Shown here one piece after another: positions 22,789-31,567 of a DNA stretch of 32,000 nucleotides. Position 1 is the first letter of the stretch. Every line of letters starts with the position of its first letter. Location of the stretch: the NCBI RefSeq assembly GCF_000698785.1, contig NZ_CP007536.1:2160001-2192000 (forward strand), in the 5' to 3' direction. A program made the translations under genes and the position numbers. The notes under the pieces are model-generated. The model was not told the origin of the DNA, did not search any database, and saw nothing but the letters and a program-made list of their open reading frames with translations. Source of the DNA: Nitrososphaera viennensis EN76. GTDB lineage: Archaea; Thermoproteota; Nitrososphaeria; Nitrososphaerales; Nitrososphaeraceae.

Positions 22789-25320
22789 TTACAGCACGAA
22801 ATACTCTGCCTGCGGGTGGTGGACCACTATTGCGGCTGTGGACTGGTCCGGCACTATCTGCCCAGATTCTGTCAGGCCCATGCCTGACTTGGCCGGGTCC
22901 AGTATCTGCCACACGAGGTGGTGCTGCATCACGTCGGGGCAGCTTGGGTATCCCCAGCTGTAGCGCAGGCCGCGCCTGTCGCCGATGCCAAGCTCCTTTC
23001 GTATGCGGGCGTTGACCCACTCGGCCATCGCCTCTGCCGTCTCCACCGCAAGGCCGTGCAGATAGTACGCGTCGGAGTAGCGGTCCTGCTTGTTCCACCT
23101 GTCGATAACTTCTGTGACCTTTGTACCGACCGTGACTGCCTGGAAAGCCGCGACGTCGTCCTGCCCGAAATAGTCTGCAAGGCACAGGTGCTTTTCCTTG
23201 GCAGACCTTGGGAACTCGAAAACGGCCTGCCTGCTGCTATCATTGGCATAGTCTACTGCCAGCCTGCCGGGGCCTCCCTTGCCCTGCGTCAGGTTGTGGC
23301 AGCGGAAATACCCGTAGACTGCCCTTGGCTCAAACAACCTGTCGTCAAGGACGCGCCCTGTCCACTCTGCAAACAATTTTTCCGGGTCGCCGCTTTCGCT
23401 TGCGCCCTTGCCCCTGATGCCCCACTGCAGGACGAAAAGAGACTTTTTGCTGATGTGCTTCCAGATTTCCCGCAGATCGAGATCGGCAGGTTCAAGCCTC
23501 ACCTGCCTGTTGAGGTGCGGCGCCACGGGAGGCTCGACAGGCTTTATCCCGCTGTGCGGCAGGTCGGCGGCAGCTTCAGCCGCGGCCTCCCTCTCTGTCC
23601 ACTTTTCAAGCCTCTGCCGCCAGTCGCCCACGAACTGCGCCCTCTCCTCCTTTGACACGAGCGCGTTCATCGCCCGCAGCCCGTCAAACGCGGTCTTGCA
23701 GTAAAATACGCCGGGGCTGTAAATGCCTCCGTCCTTGGCTATCCTGTTGATGTAGTTGCTGTTTATCGCGGCGCCTCCGCACAGCACGGGAACTTCCATG
23801 CCGTTCTGCCGGGCGTGCTCGACGAAATACTGCATCTGCTTTGAAGTCGACACGAGCAGCGCGGAAAGCCCGACCGCGTCAGGCCTGACCTCCTCTATCT
23901 TTTCCAGTATCTTTTGCATCGGCACCTGCTTGCCGAGGTCGTAGACCGTGTAGCCGTTGTTCGTGAAAATGGTCTTGACCAGGTTCTTGCCTATGTCGTG
24001 CACGTCGCCATACACCGTGCACAGTACCAGCTTGCCCTTGCTCACCCCTTCCTGCTTTATCAGGTATTTTTCAAGCTCTGCAACCGCTGCCTTCATGCAC
24101 TCTGCCGATTTCAGAACGAACGGCAGGATGAGCTCGCCTGCTCCAAACTTGTCGCCAACTTCCTTCATGGCCGGCAGCAATACTTCATTCAGAGTCTGCA
24201 CCGCCGCTTCGTGCGCGGCCTCCCTCTTTGCCTCTGCTGCTATCTTGCCATCGACAACCTTGGCGCCCGGTATGCGGCCGGCTATTGCCTGCACGACGTC
24301 TGCCTCGATGCCGTCCTTCAGCCGGTTTACTATCCGGAAATGGCATTTCCTGTCTGCGTCCCACGACGGGTCGACTTCGACGCGCTTGCCGCCAGTACCT
24401 GATGCTACCTTTGCCCGCTCGCCCTCAAAGTACGCGATGAGGTCTGAAAGCGCGTTCTGGTGTTTATTAAAAATGAGGTCCTCTGCAAGCCTCTTTTGCT
24501 CGACGTCGATTTCGGGGTACGGTATGACGTCTCTGGCGTTGATGATGACGGTGTCAAGCCCCGCCTTTATGGCGTGGTACAAAAACACAGAATTTACGAT
24601 CTTGCGGGCGCCTGCCGGCAGACCAAAGCTGACGTTGCTGAGGCCAAGCGTGGTAAACGCGCCGGGGAACCTCTGCTTGACAAGCCTTATCCCTTCAAGC
24701 GTGTTTTTTGCAGAGTCGGCATACTCGGCCTCGCCCGTCGCAAGCGTGAACGTGAGCACGTCGAAAATAAACTGCCAGGGCGCAAGCCCGTACTTTTTGC
24801 TGCCAGTGTCGTACAGCAGTTGCGCAGTCTCGACCTTTTCCTCGGCAGTCTTGGCCATCCCCTTTGGTCCGATGCACATCGCTATCGCCGGCAGGCCGTA
24901 CCTTGCCATGATGGGCGCAAGCGCTGAAAAACGCGACCCGTCGCCTTCGAGGTTTATCGAGTTTATTATCGGCCTGCCCGGTATCTGCATCACCGCTGCT
25001 TCGACGACCTTTGGGTCGGTCGAGTCTATCACGAGCGGCGCCTCGACCTCAAGGCTCAGGCGCTTGACCAGCTTTTTCATGAACTCCAGCTCGTCGGACC
25101 GCTCTGTCGTTGCGACGCAGACGTCGAGGCAGTGCGCCCCGTCCTCGACCTGCTCCCTTGCAAGGTTCACGAGGCCGTCGAGGTCATCCTTTAGCACCAT
25201 CTCCTTGGCTTTTCTGGAGCCCTGGGTGTTGAGGCGCTCGCCTATGATGAGCGGCGCAGGCTCTTGCTTTAAATCGACTGCCTTGAGCGCCGAGCTGACG
25301 CGTGGTACCTTCAAACGCAT
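22789..25320 (-). CDS. metH: Cobalamin-dependent methionine synthase lacking the homocysteine-binding module (pterin-binding + B12 cap + B12-binding + AdoMet activation domains)
   Basis: 843 aa. The pterin-binding N-terminus is IIGERLNTQGSRKAKEMV...EQVEDGAHCLDVC. The B12 motif is GDVHDIGKNLV...GYTVYDLG. The activation-domain C-terminus is RGLRYSWGYPSCPD...LTESGQIVPDQSTAAIVVHHPQAEYF. Confidence 0.92.
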   Translation of the reverse strand: MRLKVPRVSSALKAVDLKQEPAPLIIGERLNTQGSRKAKEMVLKDDLDGLVNLAREQVEDGAHCLDVCVATTERSDELEFMKKLVKRLSLEVEAPLVIDSTDPKVVEAAVMQIPGRPIINSINLEGDGSRFSALAPIMARYGLPAIAMCIGPKGMAKTAEEKVETAQLLYDTGSKKYGLAPWQFIFDVLTFTLATGEAEYADSAKNTLEGIRLVKQRFPGAFTTLGLSNVSFGLPAGARKIVNSVFLYHAIKAGLDTVIINARDVIPYPEIDVEQKRLAEDLIFNKHQNALSDLIAYFEGERAKVASGTGGKRVEVDPSWDADRKCHFRIVNRLKDGIEADVVQAIAGRIPGAKVVDGKIAAEAKREAAHEAAVQTLNEVLLPAMKEVGDKFGAGELILPFVLKSAECMKAAVAELEKYLIKQEGVSKGKLVLCTVYGDVHDIGKNLVKTIFTNNGYTVYDLGKQVPMQKILEKIEEVRPDAVGLSALLVSTSKQMQYFVEHARQNGMEVPVLCGGAAINSNYINRIAKDGGIYSPGVFYCKTAFDGLRAMNALVSKEERAQFVGDWRQRLEKWTEREAAAEAAADLPHSGIKPVEPPVAPHLNRQVRLEPADLDLREIWKHISKKSLFVLQWGIRGKGASESGDPEKLFAEWTGRVLDDRLFEPRAVYGYFRCHNLTQGKGGPGRLAVDYANDSSRQAVFEFPRSAKEKHLCLADYFGQDDVAAFQAVTVGTKVTEVIDRWNKQDRYSDAYYLHGLAVETAEAMAEWVNARIRKELGIGDRRGLRYSWGYPSCPDVMQHHLVWQILDPAKSGMGLTESGQIVPDQSTAAIVVHHPQAEYFVL

Positions 25321-25415
25321 TTCAGTATCGCAAAATCAGGTATATTTGCTATCCACCTGCGCGGGCCCTCCAGGGCAGGCCGCTGCTGGGGCGGCCATGC
25401 CGCAGGAAAGTTCTC

Positions 25416-26795
25416 TCATGCTATCATGCTCGGCGATATCGTGGTAAAGATGCCGTCAATCCCGAACCTTTCCTCAATCGCCTCCCTGTAGTCGAGGAAC
25501 CACTCGATGTTTTCAGGGGTGTTCGGGGCGACCACGAAGAACCCTGCATTACTTGCGCCATCGTGCCTTGTGCCGTTCTGTATGGTCGTTCCGCTAAAAG
25601 GCGGGAGCACCGTGACTCCGCCAAAGCGCTCGGCCAGTTCCGTCCTCGTCTGCTCAAGCAGCTCCTGCCCGATGGTCGTGCCGTCGCCGCGCTCTGTCGA
25701 GAAAAGGTAGTCGACCCTGACGTGGGGAGAGTCGAAAACAACTTTTCCTGCGCTGCCGCTCGATTCAGCAGTGGCTATAGTGGTAGCTCCAAGAGCCTCC
25801 GCCTCCCTGTTCATGACGCCTGCCAGCTTGACGTCGTAATCGGTGATCTTGTTCCCAACGCTCCACGAATACAGGTAGACGGACACTGTGTTGTAGTTGT
25901 TGGTCCAGTCGGGATGGTGGTTCATCTTTTCTGTCTCGAGCCCGACGTTGTACATGAACTGGAAGGCCTGCACAAAGTTCTTGAACTGGAAGGTCTTGTG
26001 GAGTTTGCTCCTGCCGCCATCGTCCACAACCTGCCAGCCGCTCAATTCCGTGCTGTTCGCAAGTTCCTTGATCCGGCTTTCTGGCAGGATGATGTAGGCC
26101 ATGTCTGCAGGGTTGACTGCCGTCTCTGGTATCAATGTCGCCGGGGATTTGGTCTTGTTATTTGCTGCCGCTGCCGTCAAGTAGCCTGTGGCGTTGCCGC
26201 CGGGGCTGAACTTTTCAAGCGCGACCCTTTTTGTCCAGCCGTCAAAAGTGGCAGTCACCGTAAACGGCCTTCCCTCCAGGCTGTGGAATCCTACCGCGTT
26301 TGCCGCCAGGCTCATCGAGCCGTGGTCCGCGGAATCCGGCATGGCAAAGAACAGCGGAGAAGCGTAGGTCTTGTTGTTGGACGGCTCGGTGTAGAGGGGC
26401 GGCGCGTTTTTCGCCGGCCCGTCATAGTGGTGGTACGTGAACAGCTCCACGGGGCCGCTTGCAGCCCAGGTGAGCGTGCCGCTGTAGATCACGTCATCGC
26501 CGAGGGGCGGCAAAAACACTGCAGACTGGTGGGCCTCGTGGCCCGGGGCGGGATCCTGGCCTGACGCCATCGTCTTTGTCACGAGGACCCTGCCCAGTAG
26601 AGTCCTGGCCTCGGCATCCTGCTGTTGCTGTCCCTGCGACAGTGTGATGCCAGTATATGCAAATATTGCCAGCATCGATGCGGCCGCTATAGCAAGTGCA
26701 AGGCGCAGCATTTCTTGTTTTCCTGCCGGCCTGCTCCTGCCGCCATCATTATTGTTATCATCATCTTGCTTGCTTGAGAATATGCGGGTCATCAA
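25416..26795 (-). CDS. Membrane-anchored multidomain protein with an internal pterin-4a-carbinolamine dehydratase (PCD/DCoH) domain
   Basis: 459 aa with an N-terminal TM segment (LRLALAIAAASMLAIFAYTGI). The central segment LSGWQVVDDGGRSKLHKTFQFKNFVQAFQFMYNVGLETEKMNHHPDWTNNYNTVSVYLYSWSVGNKITDYDVKLAGVMN matches the PCD signature (F.F.nF..A..F...v....E...HHPd..n.Yn.V.v.l.....g.iT..D..lA). Confidence 0.8.
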   Translation of the reverse strand: MMTRIFSSKQDDDNNNDGGRSRPAGKQEMLRLALAIAAASMLAIFAYTGITLSQGQQQQDAEARTLLGRVLVTKTMASGQDPAPGHEAHQSAVFLPPLGDDVIYSGTLTWAASGPVELFTYHHYDGPAKNAPPLYTEPSNNKTYASPLFFAMPDSADHGSMSLAANAVGFHSLEGRPFTVTATFDGWTKRVALEKFSPGGNATGYLTAAAANNKTKSPATLIPETAVNPADMAYIILPESRIKELANSTELSGWQVVDDGGRSKLHKTFQFKNFVQAFQFMYNVGLETEKMNHHPDWTNNYNTVSVYLYSWSVGNKITDYDVKLAGVMNREAEALGATTIATAESSGSAGKVVFDSPHVRVDYLFSTERGDGTTIGQELLEQTRTELAERFGGVTVLPPFSGTTIQNGTRHDGASNAGFFVVAPNTPENIEWFLDYREAIEERFGIDGIFTTISPSMIA

Positions 26796-26965
26796 GTCCC
26801 ATAGAATAGTCAGCTATAAAACTTGAACAGAAATTCCTTGTTCAGGTTTTCTGAAATACGCTAGAGTCCTCTTTGAGATGCAGTGCAGGCATATCAACGC
26901 TAGTTCATGATTCCGCAGATCTATAGGAGATAACCTTGTATACTTGTTTGTCGAATTGTATACCC

Positions 26966-27136
26966 ATGGTATCGAGCCAGACAATCCTCAAACAGGAAGA
27001 AGAGGACGCAGTAGAAGGCGTCCCAGTCTGCAGCGCCAACTACTCCAGCCCGGTAGTCGATCAGGCCAGCTTCATTGAAGAGATCCACTACAGCATCGGC
27101 GGCAAGAAGTACATAGAAAACGCCCCACACTTCTAG
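26966..27136 (+). CDS. Possible small acidic protein (56 aa)
   Basis: The ATG at 26966 gives MVSSQTILKQEEEDAVEGVPVC... Its GC-rich third codon positions resemble neighbouring genes. It is followed by an SD-like GGAGGGGG and a second small ORF. Confidence 0.35.
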   Translation: MVSSQTILKQEEEDAVEGVPVCSANYSSPVVDQASFIEEIHYSIGGKKYIENAPHF

Positions 27137-27154
27137 GCTGGAGGGGGATATTTT

Positions 27155-27379
27155 TTGCAGATGAAGGGGCAGGAGCCTAAAGAGCGAGATCTGGAACTGG
27201 AAAACATAGTCGGCAACCTTTTGATCGCAGAATATCAGGTTGACAAGCTTCGGGCGCGGCTGGCTGAAAAGATCGTGGGCCGCGGCGACAGCTCGGCAAA
27301 CAGCCAGTCAGTCTACACCTTCAAGAACAAGGACAAACTCTTTCGGGTCCGCGTCCAGATAGACGAGATGGAATTGTAA
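27155..27379 (+). CDS. Possible small protein (72-74 aa), unknown function
   Basis: The start is TTG 27155 or ATG 27161, preceded by an SD-like GGAGGGGG. The translation is MKGQEPKERDLELENIVGNLLIAEYQVDKLRARLAEKI..., a predicted helix followed by beta strands. Confidence 0.35.
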   Translation: MQMKGQEPKERDLELENIVGNLLIAEYQVDKLRARLAEKIVGRGDSSANSQSVYTFKNKDKLFRVRVQIDEMEL

Positions 27380-27493
27380 GCGCGCTGCTGGGATAACGGC
27401 TGGAAATGAAAAAGGCGTAAAGCGAAACAAAACACGACTCTATCTCTATCTCTCACGCCCACGCCAGGAGGCAACAAGGCAAGAGGCCTCTCT

Positions 27494-28441
27494 TTATTCT
27501 GACGGCGTATCAAGGACGTGCCTGAGCTCTGCAATGTGTTTCGGGTTTGTGCCGCAGCATCCCCCGATCAGGCGCACGTTTTCATAGCTTTTGACAAAAT
27601 CCGCCATCCTGTGCGCGACCTCCTCAGGCCCCATCTTGTAGACTGCCTTTCCGCCCTCGTTGTGGGGCATGCCTGCGTTTGGCATGACCAGTATGGGCAG
27701 GTCCTGCTCTGCCAGCCACTTGACGCTTGGCTCCATCTCGACAGGCCCTGTTGAGCAGTTGAGGCCGAAAAAGTCGATCCCCATGTCGCTCACCGTCGTG
27801 TAGGCGGCCTGCACGCTTGTCCCAAGGAGCATCTTGCCGTACTGGTCGAGCGTCACGTTGGCGATTATGGGGACCTTCTTGCCGGCCTTTTTCATGGCCT
27901 GGTGGGATGCCTCGATTGCAAGTTTTACCTCAAGTATGTCCTGGCTCGTCTCTATCAACAGCGCATCCACGCCTCCCAGGATGAGCCCTTCGGCCTGGAG
28001 CGCAAACGCCTCCCGTATCTCGTCAAGGGGCTTTTGCCCAAGATCCTGATCATTAGAGCTTGGCAGAAACCCCGTCGGTCCCATCGAGCCGATTACATAG
28101 CGTCCCTCAAACTCGTCTGCCACTTCCCTGGCAAGCTGCGCCGCCTTTTTGTTGAACTCGACAGTCTGGCCGCCATAGCCGTACTCGTCAAGCTTGAACC
28201 TGTTGGAGCCAAAGGTGTTCGTCTCGATGCAGTCGGCGCCTGCCTCAAGGTAGCTGCGGTGGATTTTCTTTATCCACTCTGGCCTCGTGAGGATGAGGCC
28301 GTCGTTAAAGCCGTCCTTGCCGTCCGGGAAATCCTTTGGCTCTGGACTGAGCTTTTGTATCTCGGTGCCCATTGCCCCGTCGAACAGCAGCCTCCTCTTT
28401 TTGGCGGCTTCAAGAAACGGCTCTCCTGCTGGCAATGGCAA
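27494..28441 (-). CDS. Homocysteine S-methyltransferase domain protein (the stand-alone Hcy-binding module of methionine synthase)
   Basis: 315 aa. Motifs are LLFDGAMGTEIQ, the ETNTFG region (CIETNTFGSN), GLNCSTGP and the zinc-ligand motif IGGCCGTNPKHI. Confidence 0.9.
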   Translation of the reverse strand: MPLPAGEPFLEAAKKRRLLFDGAMGTEIQKLSPEPKDFPDGKDGFNDGLILTRPEWIKKIHRSYLEAGADCIETNTFGSNRFKLDEYGYGGQTVEFNKKAAQLAREVADEFEGRYVIGSMGPTGFLPSSNDQDLGQKPLDEIREAFALQAEGLILGGVDALLIETSQDILEVKLAIEASHQAMKKAGKKVPIIANVTLDQYGKMLLGTSVQAAYTTVSDMGIDFFGLNCSTGPVEMEPSVKWLAEQDLPILVMPNAGMPHNEGGKAVYKMGPEEVAHRMADFVKSYENVRLIGGCCGTNPKHIAELRHVLDTPSE

Positions 28442-28563
28442 ACAAGCCTCTATTTCTCACAGATTCAATTTAACCCTTCGCCGGGCCCAAAAGTAGACAA
28501 AAAGGGCAACATCTCTTGACACTGGGGCTCTAAACCGTACGGGGAGACCTCAGGGGCATATAC

Positions 28564-29091
28564 ATGATGACCTCAGTAGTCCAAGAGTCAACAACCACAA
28601 CATCACCACTACAAACAACAACTACTACTGCACAGGCAAGAACCTCAGACATACCACCGCACGTTCTCATTGTAGGCAAAAAGAACGCACTTGACTACAT
28701 CGCGCCCGCGCTTTTCAGGATCGGCACGTTTGGCGAGCTGGTCGTGAGGGCAAAGGGGAGCATGAGCATTGTGACAGCGGTAAACGTGGCAGAGATGGTC
28801 AAAAAGGACGTCTCGGGACTGGAGACCCGCTCCATCTCGATAGGCACCGAAGAGATAGTCATAGAGGGGATGCCAAGGCGCGTCTCGTACATCGAGATCC
28901 ATCTGGCCAAGCCGGCGCCAAAGGTGGCAGCCGAGACACCGGTAGAAGCACCAGCGCAGCCGCAGGAGGACAAGCTCGCCCAGACCGCATCGACGGCAAA
29001 GAAGATAAGGGCCAGGGCGAAAAAGTCGACTACTGCTGCGAAAAAGAGGACGACGGCTACCGTCCGCAAACAACAAAAGGCGGACGCCTAG
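28564..29091 (+). CDS. albA: Alba-family DNA/RNA-binding protein with Thr-rich N-terminal and Lys/Ala-rich C-terminal extensions
   Basis: The core is VLIVGKKNALDYIAPALFRIGTFGELVVRAKGSMSIVTAVNVAEMVKKDV...ISIGTEEIV...RRVSYIEIHLAK, the Alba pattern. The tails are TTTTSPLQTTTTTAQ and KKIRARAKKSTTAAKKRTTATVRKQQK. Confidence 0.85.
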   Translation: MMTSVVQESTTTTSPLQTTTTTAQARTSDIPPHVLIVGKKNALDYIAPALFRIGTFGELVVRAKGSMSIVTAVNVAEMVKKDVSGLETRSISIGTEEIVIEGMPRRVSYIEIHLAKPAPKVAAETPVEAPAQPQEDKLAQTASTAKKIRARAKKSTTAAKKRTTATVRKQQKADA

Positions 29092-29102
29092 ACTCTCTTT
29101 TT

Positions 29103-29657
29103 CTATTTCTGCCTTCCGCCGCCAAACACCGACAGGATGCTTGACACCATCATGCCTGCCGTGTAGGACTGCCCAAGCTCTGCAAAGCCGGGGATAAAGT
29201 GGAGCGAGAACAGCGCGCCAAGCGCCGCAATGCCACCGTACTGCGACAGCTTTTTCAGAAACGTCTTTTCGCTGTTGAAAGGTGCAAGGAGCATGCCAAG
29301 TATCCATGTGCCAAAGAGCCAGATCATGGTCTTTGTCGCTATCAGGTCCGGCGCGGTGAACGCTACTGCAAAGTACATCGCAGTCACGATAAAGTCGGCG
29401 CCCATCATGTTGGCAAATATCTTGTTAAACGACTTTAGCCTGACGATATAGTGGCCAAAGACAAAGCCCATTATCGCAACAGCCGCCGCGCTTCCGCCAA
29501 CGTAAGCGGCATTTGCGCCGCACGAAAAAAGCGCCCTTGGGTCTGTGCTCCCGCACATGACCTGCGTGGCCACGAGCACCATGAGGAACGTCTTGATGAT
29601 GACACTCGCTATGATGAGCAGGGCCTTGTGCTGGCGTTCAAGCGGTTGCGCTTTCAA
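29103..29657 (-). CDS. Integral membrane protein, unknown function
   Basis: 184 aa with about 5-6 hydrophobic helices and no recognisable motif. Confidence 0.6.
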   Translation of the reverse strand: MKAQPLERQHKALLIIASVIIKTFLMVLVATQVMCGSTDPRALFSCGANAAYVGGSAAAVAIMGFVFGHYIVRLKSFNKIFANMMGADFIVTAMYFAVAFTAPDLIATKTMIWLFGTWILGMLLAPFNSEKTFLKKLSQYGGIAALGALFSLHFIPGFAELGQSYTAGMMVSSILSVFGGGRQK

Positions 29658-29713
29658 CTTTAAGCTTGTTTGTGCGCTGCCAGATACTTAAGCCTTGGTT
29701 GCAGCGCGCAATG

Positions 29714-31354
29714 TTATGTTGCCCTTTGACGCCTGCCGGCAATCCTGTACGCCAAGACCGAGACCAGCGCGGAGCAAGCCAGTACCAAGCCTGATGCATC
29801 TCCAGAGAATTCCGGGACTGTCACCGCCAGCTTGGCTACAAGTATCTCGTACAGATAATAATTCCCGCGAATATTGCCTTGGATTATTGTTGCAAAGTGT
29901 TCGCCATCTGCATTCAATACCGGGCTGGGCAATCCAAACAGTTTGTTTTCTGAATAGCTGAAGTTGTTGGGGTCAAACGTCTTTATCATGAGCTTTGAGC
30001 TGTACTTGTAGATGTTGTGTTCGTTATCTTTGTAAATAGTTAGAAGCCCGAAAGCTTCGGGGTTCATGTAAAACAGGTGATTATCGTCAGCAGCCCAGTC
30101 AAATCCTTCGTACTGCGTGTATCCTCCTCCCCAGTATGCTTCTGTGGGTATGCTTATGTCCAGCCTAGACATTCTGAATGTGTCCAGATCTAAAATCGCG
30201 ACTTCGGATTCATAATTGCTTATCGAACGCTGGACAAGGGCGAGTTTGCCTGAAGGGCTTACGCTTCCAATCCAGATGCTGTCTGACAGTATGCTCTCTT
30301 TCAAAATCTTGCCGCTTTGGGTGTCAAATATAGTCAGTTGGGTGGGTATTACGGTATTTGCAGGAGTAGTAGATTCCATGGATTCTCTTTGTGTATACAA
30401 TATGGCCGTTTCGTTTATCCAGTCTGCCCTTGTAATGTTGAAGCCTATCTTTTGTAGATTAGTTCCATTCACACTGGCGACGTAAAGCACTGGCAATGAT
30501 TCATTCGATCCCGGCGGATGAGTCGAGCCAATGAACAATACCCTTGATGCATCCGAGTTCAGCCTTGGCTCGATGGGAGAGTAGAATGGTTCTCGGTTCT
30601 CAAACAGTATTTGCTGCGGCGGACCCTTTGCGGTACCGTCGCTGGCAGTCTTGAGAGTCCACAGGCTTGTAGAGTTGTCCCGAGTAAGGGAATACACTAG
30701 CGTATCTCCGGACCAATCAAGGGAATTGATGCTGAGCTCCTTTGCGACAATCTTGCCAGAGGAATCGCGGAAACCGCCTTGCCCTGACTCAAATCTTACT
30801 AGGGACTTGACGCTTGTTACCGCTTCAATGGTTCTCTGGCCTAAATCACTGGCATGCCAGCCTCTGGTAGATTCTGCAAACACCCATTCTCCACTGTTGC
30901 TATCCAACTGCCACGTGCGGGAATCATTGTAGGTATCGGTCAATGCAGGCGTCTTGTCCCACAGCGGAGCTTTCTTGGTGTTGTCGCGGAAAATCGATAT
31001 TGAATTGTTGAAGTTTTTCCATCCCGGCAAGCCGGCATTGTCTGGGTCACATTTTGACAGGCATATTGGAAGATAGCTGCTAGACGAAATGCTGCTCAAT
31101 CCTCCGATGCCCTGCATTTCGCTGCCATCCGAGCCGTTCCAGAGCATGGTGGCCAAGCTTACCTCGTGATCAGTGGGGTTATAGACTTCAAACCACTGCC
31201 ATCCGCCGACTCCGCCTAATTCAACCTCTGTTATCATAATTTCCCGAGTAGGTCTATCTTGAGAAACCTGGCTCGTCGCTGCTGAAGGCAGGATGGGAAG
31301 GGTTGCTGCTAATATCAATGGCATTGCTACAACTATCGACAATAGGCACGACAA
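29714..31354 (-). CDS. Secreted surface protein: lamin-tail-like domain, TolB/PD40-like beta-propeller and a PEF-CTERM-like anchor
   Basis: 546 aa with a signal-like N-terminus. An LTD-like block is ITEVELGGVGGWQWFEVYNPTDHEVSL. The repetitive beta-rich body looks like a propeller. The C-terminus VPEFSGDASGLVLACSALVSVLAYRIAGRRQR has the PEF tripeptide, a TM helix and an Arg cluster. Confidence 0.8.
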   Translation of the reverse strand: MSCLLSIVVAMPLILAATLPILPSAATSQVSQDRPTREIMITEVELGGVGGWQWFEVYNPTDHEVSLATMLWNGSDGSEMQGIGGLSSISSSSYLPICLSKCDPDNAGLPGWKNFNNSISIFRDNTKKAPLWDKTPALTDTYNDSRTWQLDSNSGEWVFAESTRGWHASDLGQRTIEAVTSVKSLVRFESGQGGFRDSSGKIVAKELSINSLDWSGDTLVYSLTRDNSTSLWTLKTASDGTAKGPPQQILFENREPFYSPIEPRLNSDASRVLFIGSTHPPGSNESLPVLYVASVNGTNLQKIGFNITRADWINETAILYTQRESMESTTPANTVIPTQLTIFDTQSGKILKESILSDSIWIGSVSPSGKLALVQRSISNYESEVAILDLDTFRMSRLDISIPTEAYWGGGYTQYEGFDWAADDNHLFYMNPEAFGLLTIYKDNEHNIYKYSSKLMIKTFDPNNFSYSENKLFGLPSPVLNADGEHFATIIQGNIRGNYYLYEILVAKLAVTVPEFSGDASGLVLACSALVSVLAYRIAGRRQRAT

Positions 31355-31567
31355 AAGTTATTGAACTAAAGTGGATGATAACAGGTTGCTTTTGAGCTTT
31401 TATCCAAACTCTGCCCGCAAAATCTGAAGCAGGTTTTTGAAAGCCCATAATGGATGTTTTGAACTCTTCGCACATTGATTTCTATTTTATTCTATATGAT
31501 TTTTGCAAAAGAGTTGAATAGCAGACAAGATTGCCTCCATGGCGTACATATGCGGCTCGTACATGGC

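Noticed and set aside
21457-29307. Long ORFs antisense to the GC-rich genes, e.g. 23957-25447 (496 aa), 25302-26564 (420 aa), 21519-22388 (289 aa), 22918-23655, 27902-28519 and 28645-29307.
   Set aside because: They are shadow ORFs typical of GC-rich coding DNA. Their translations are Arg/Ala/Ser/Cys-rich and motif-free, while the opposite strand carries clear MetH, PCD, ABC, Hcy-methyltransferase and Alba motifs.
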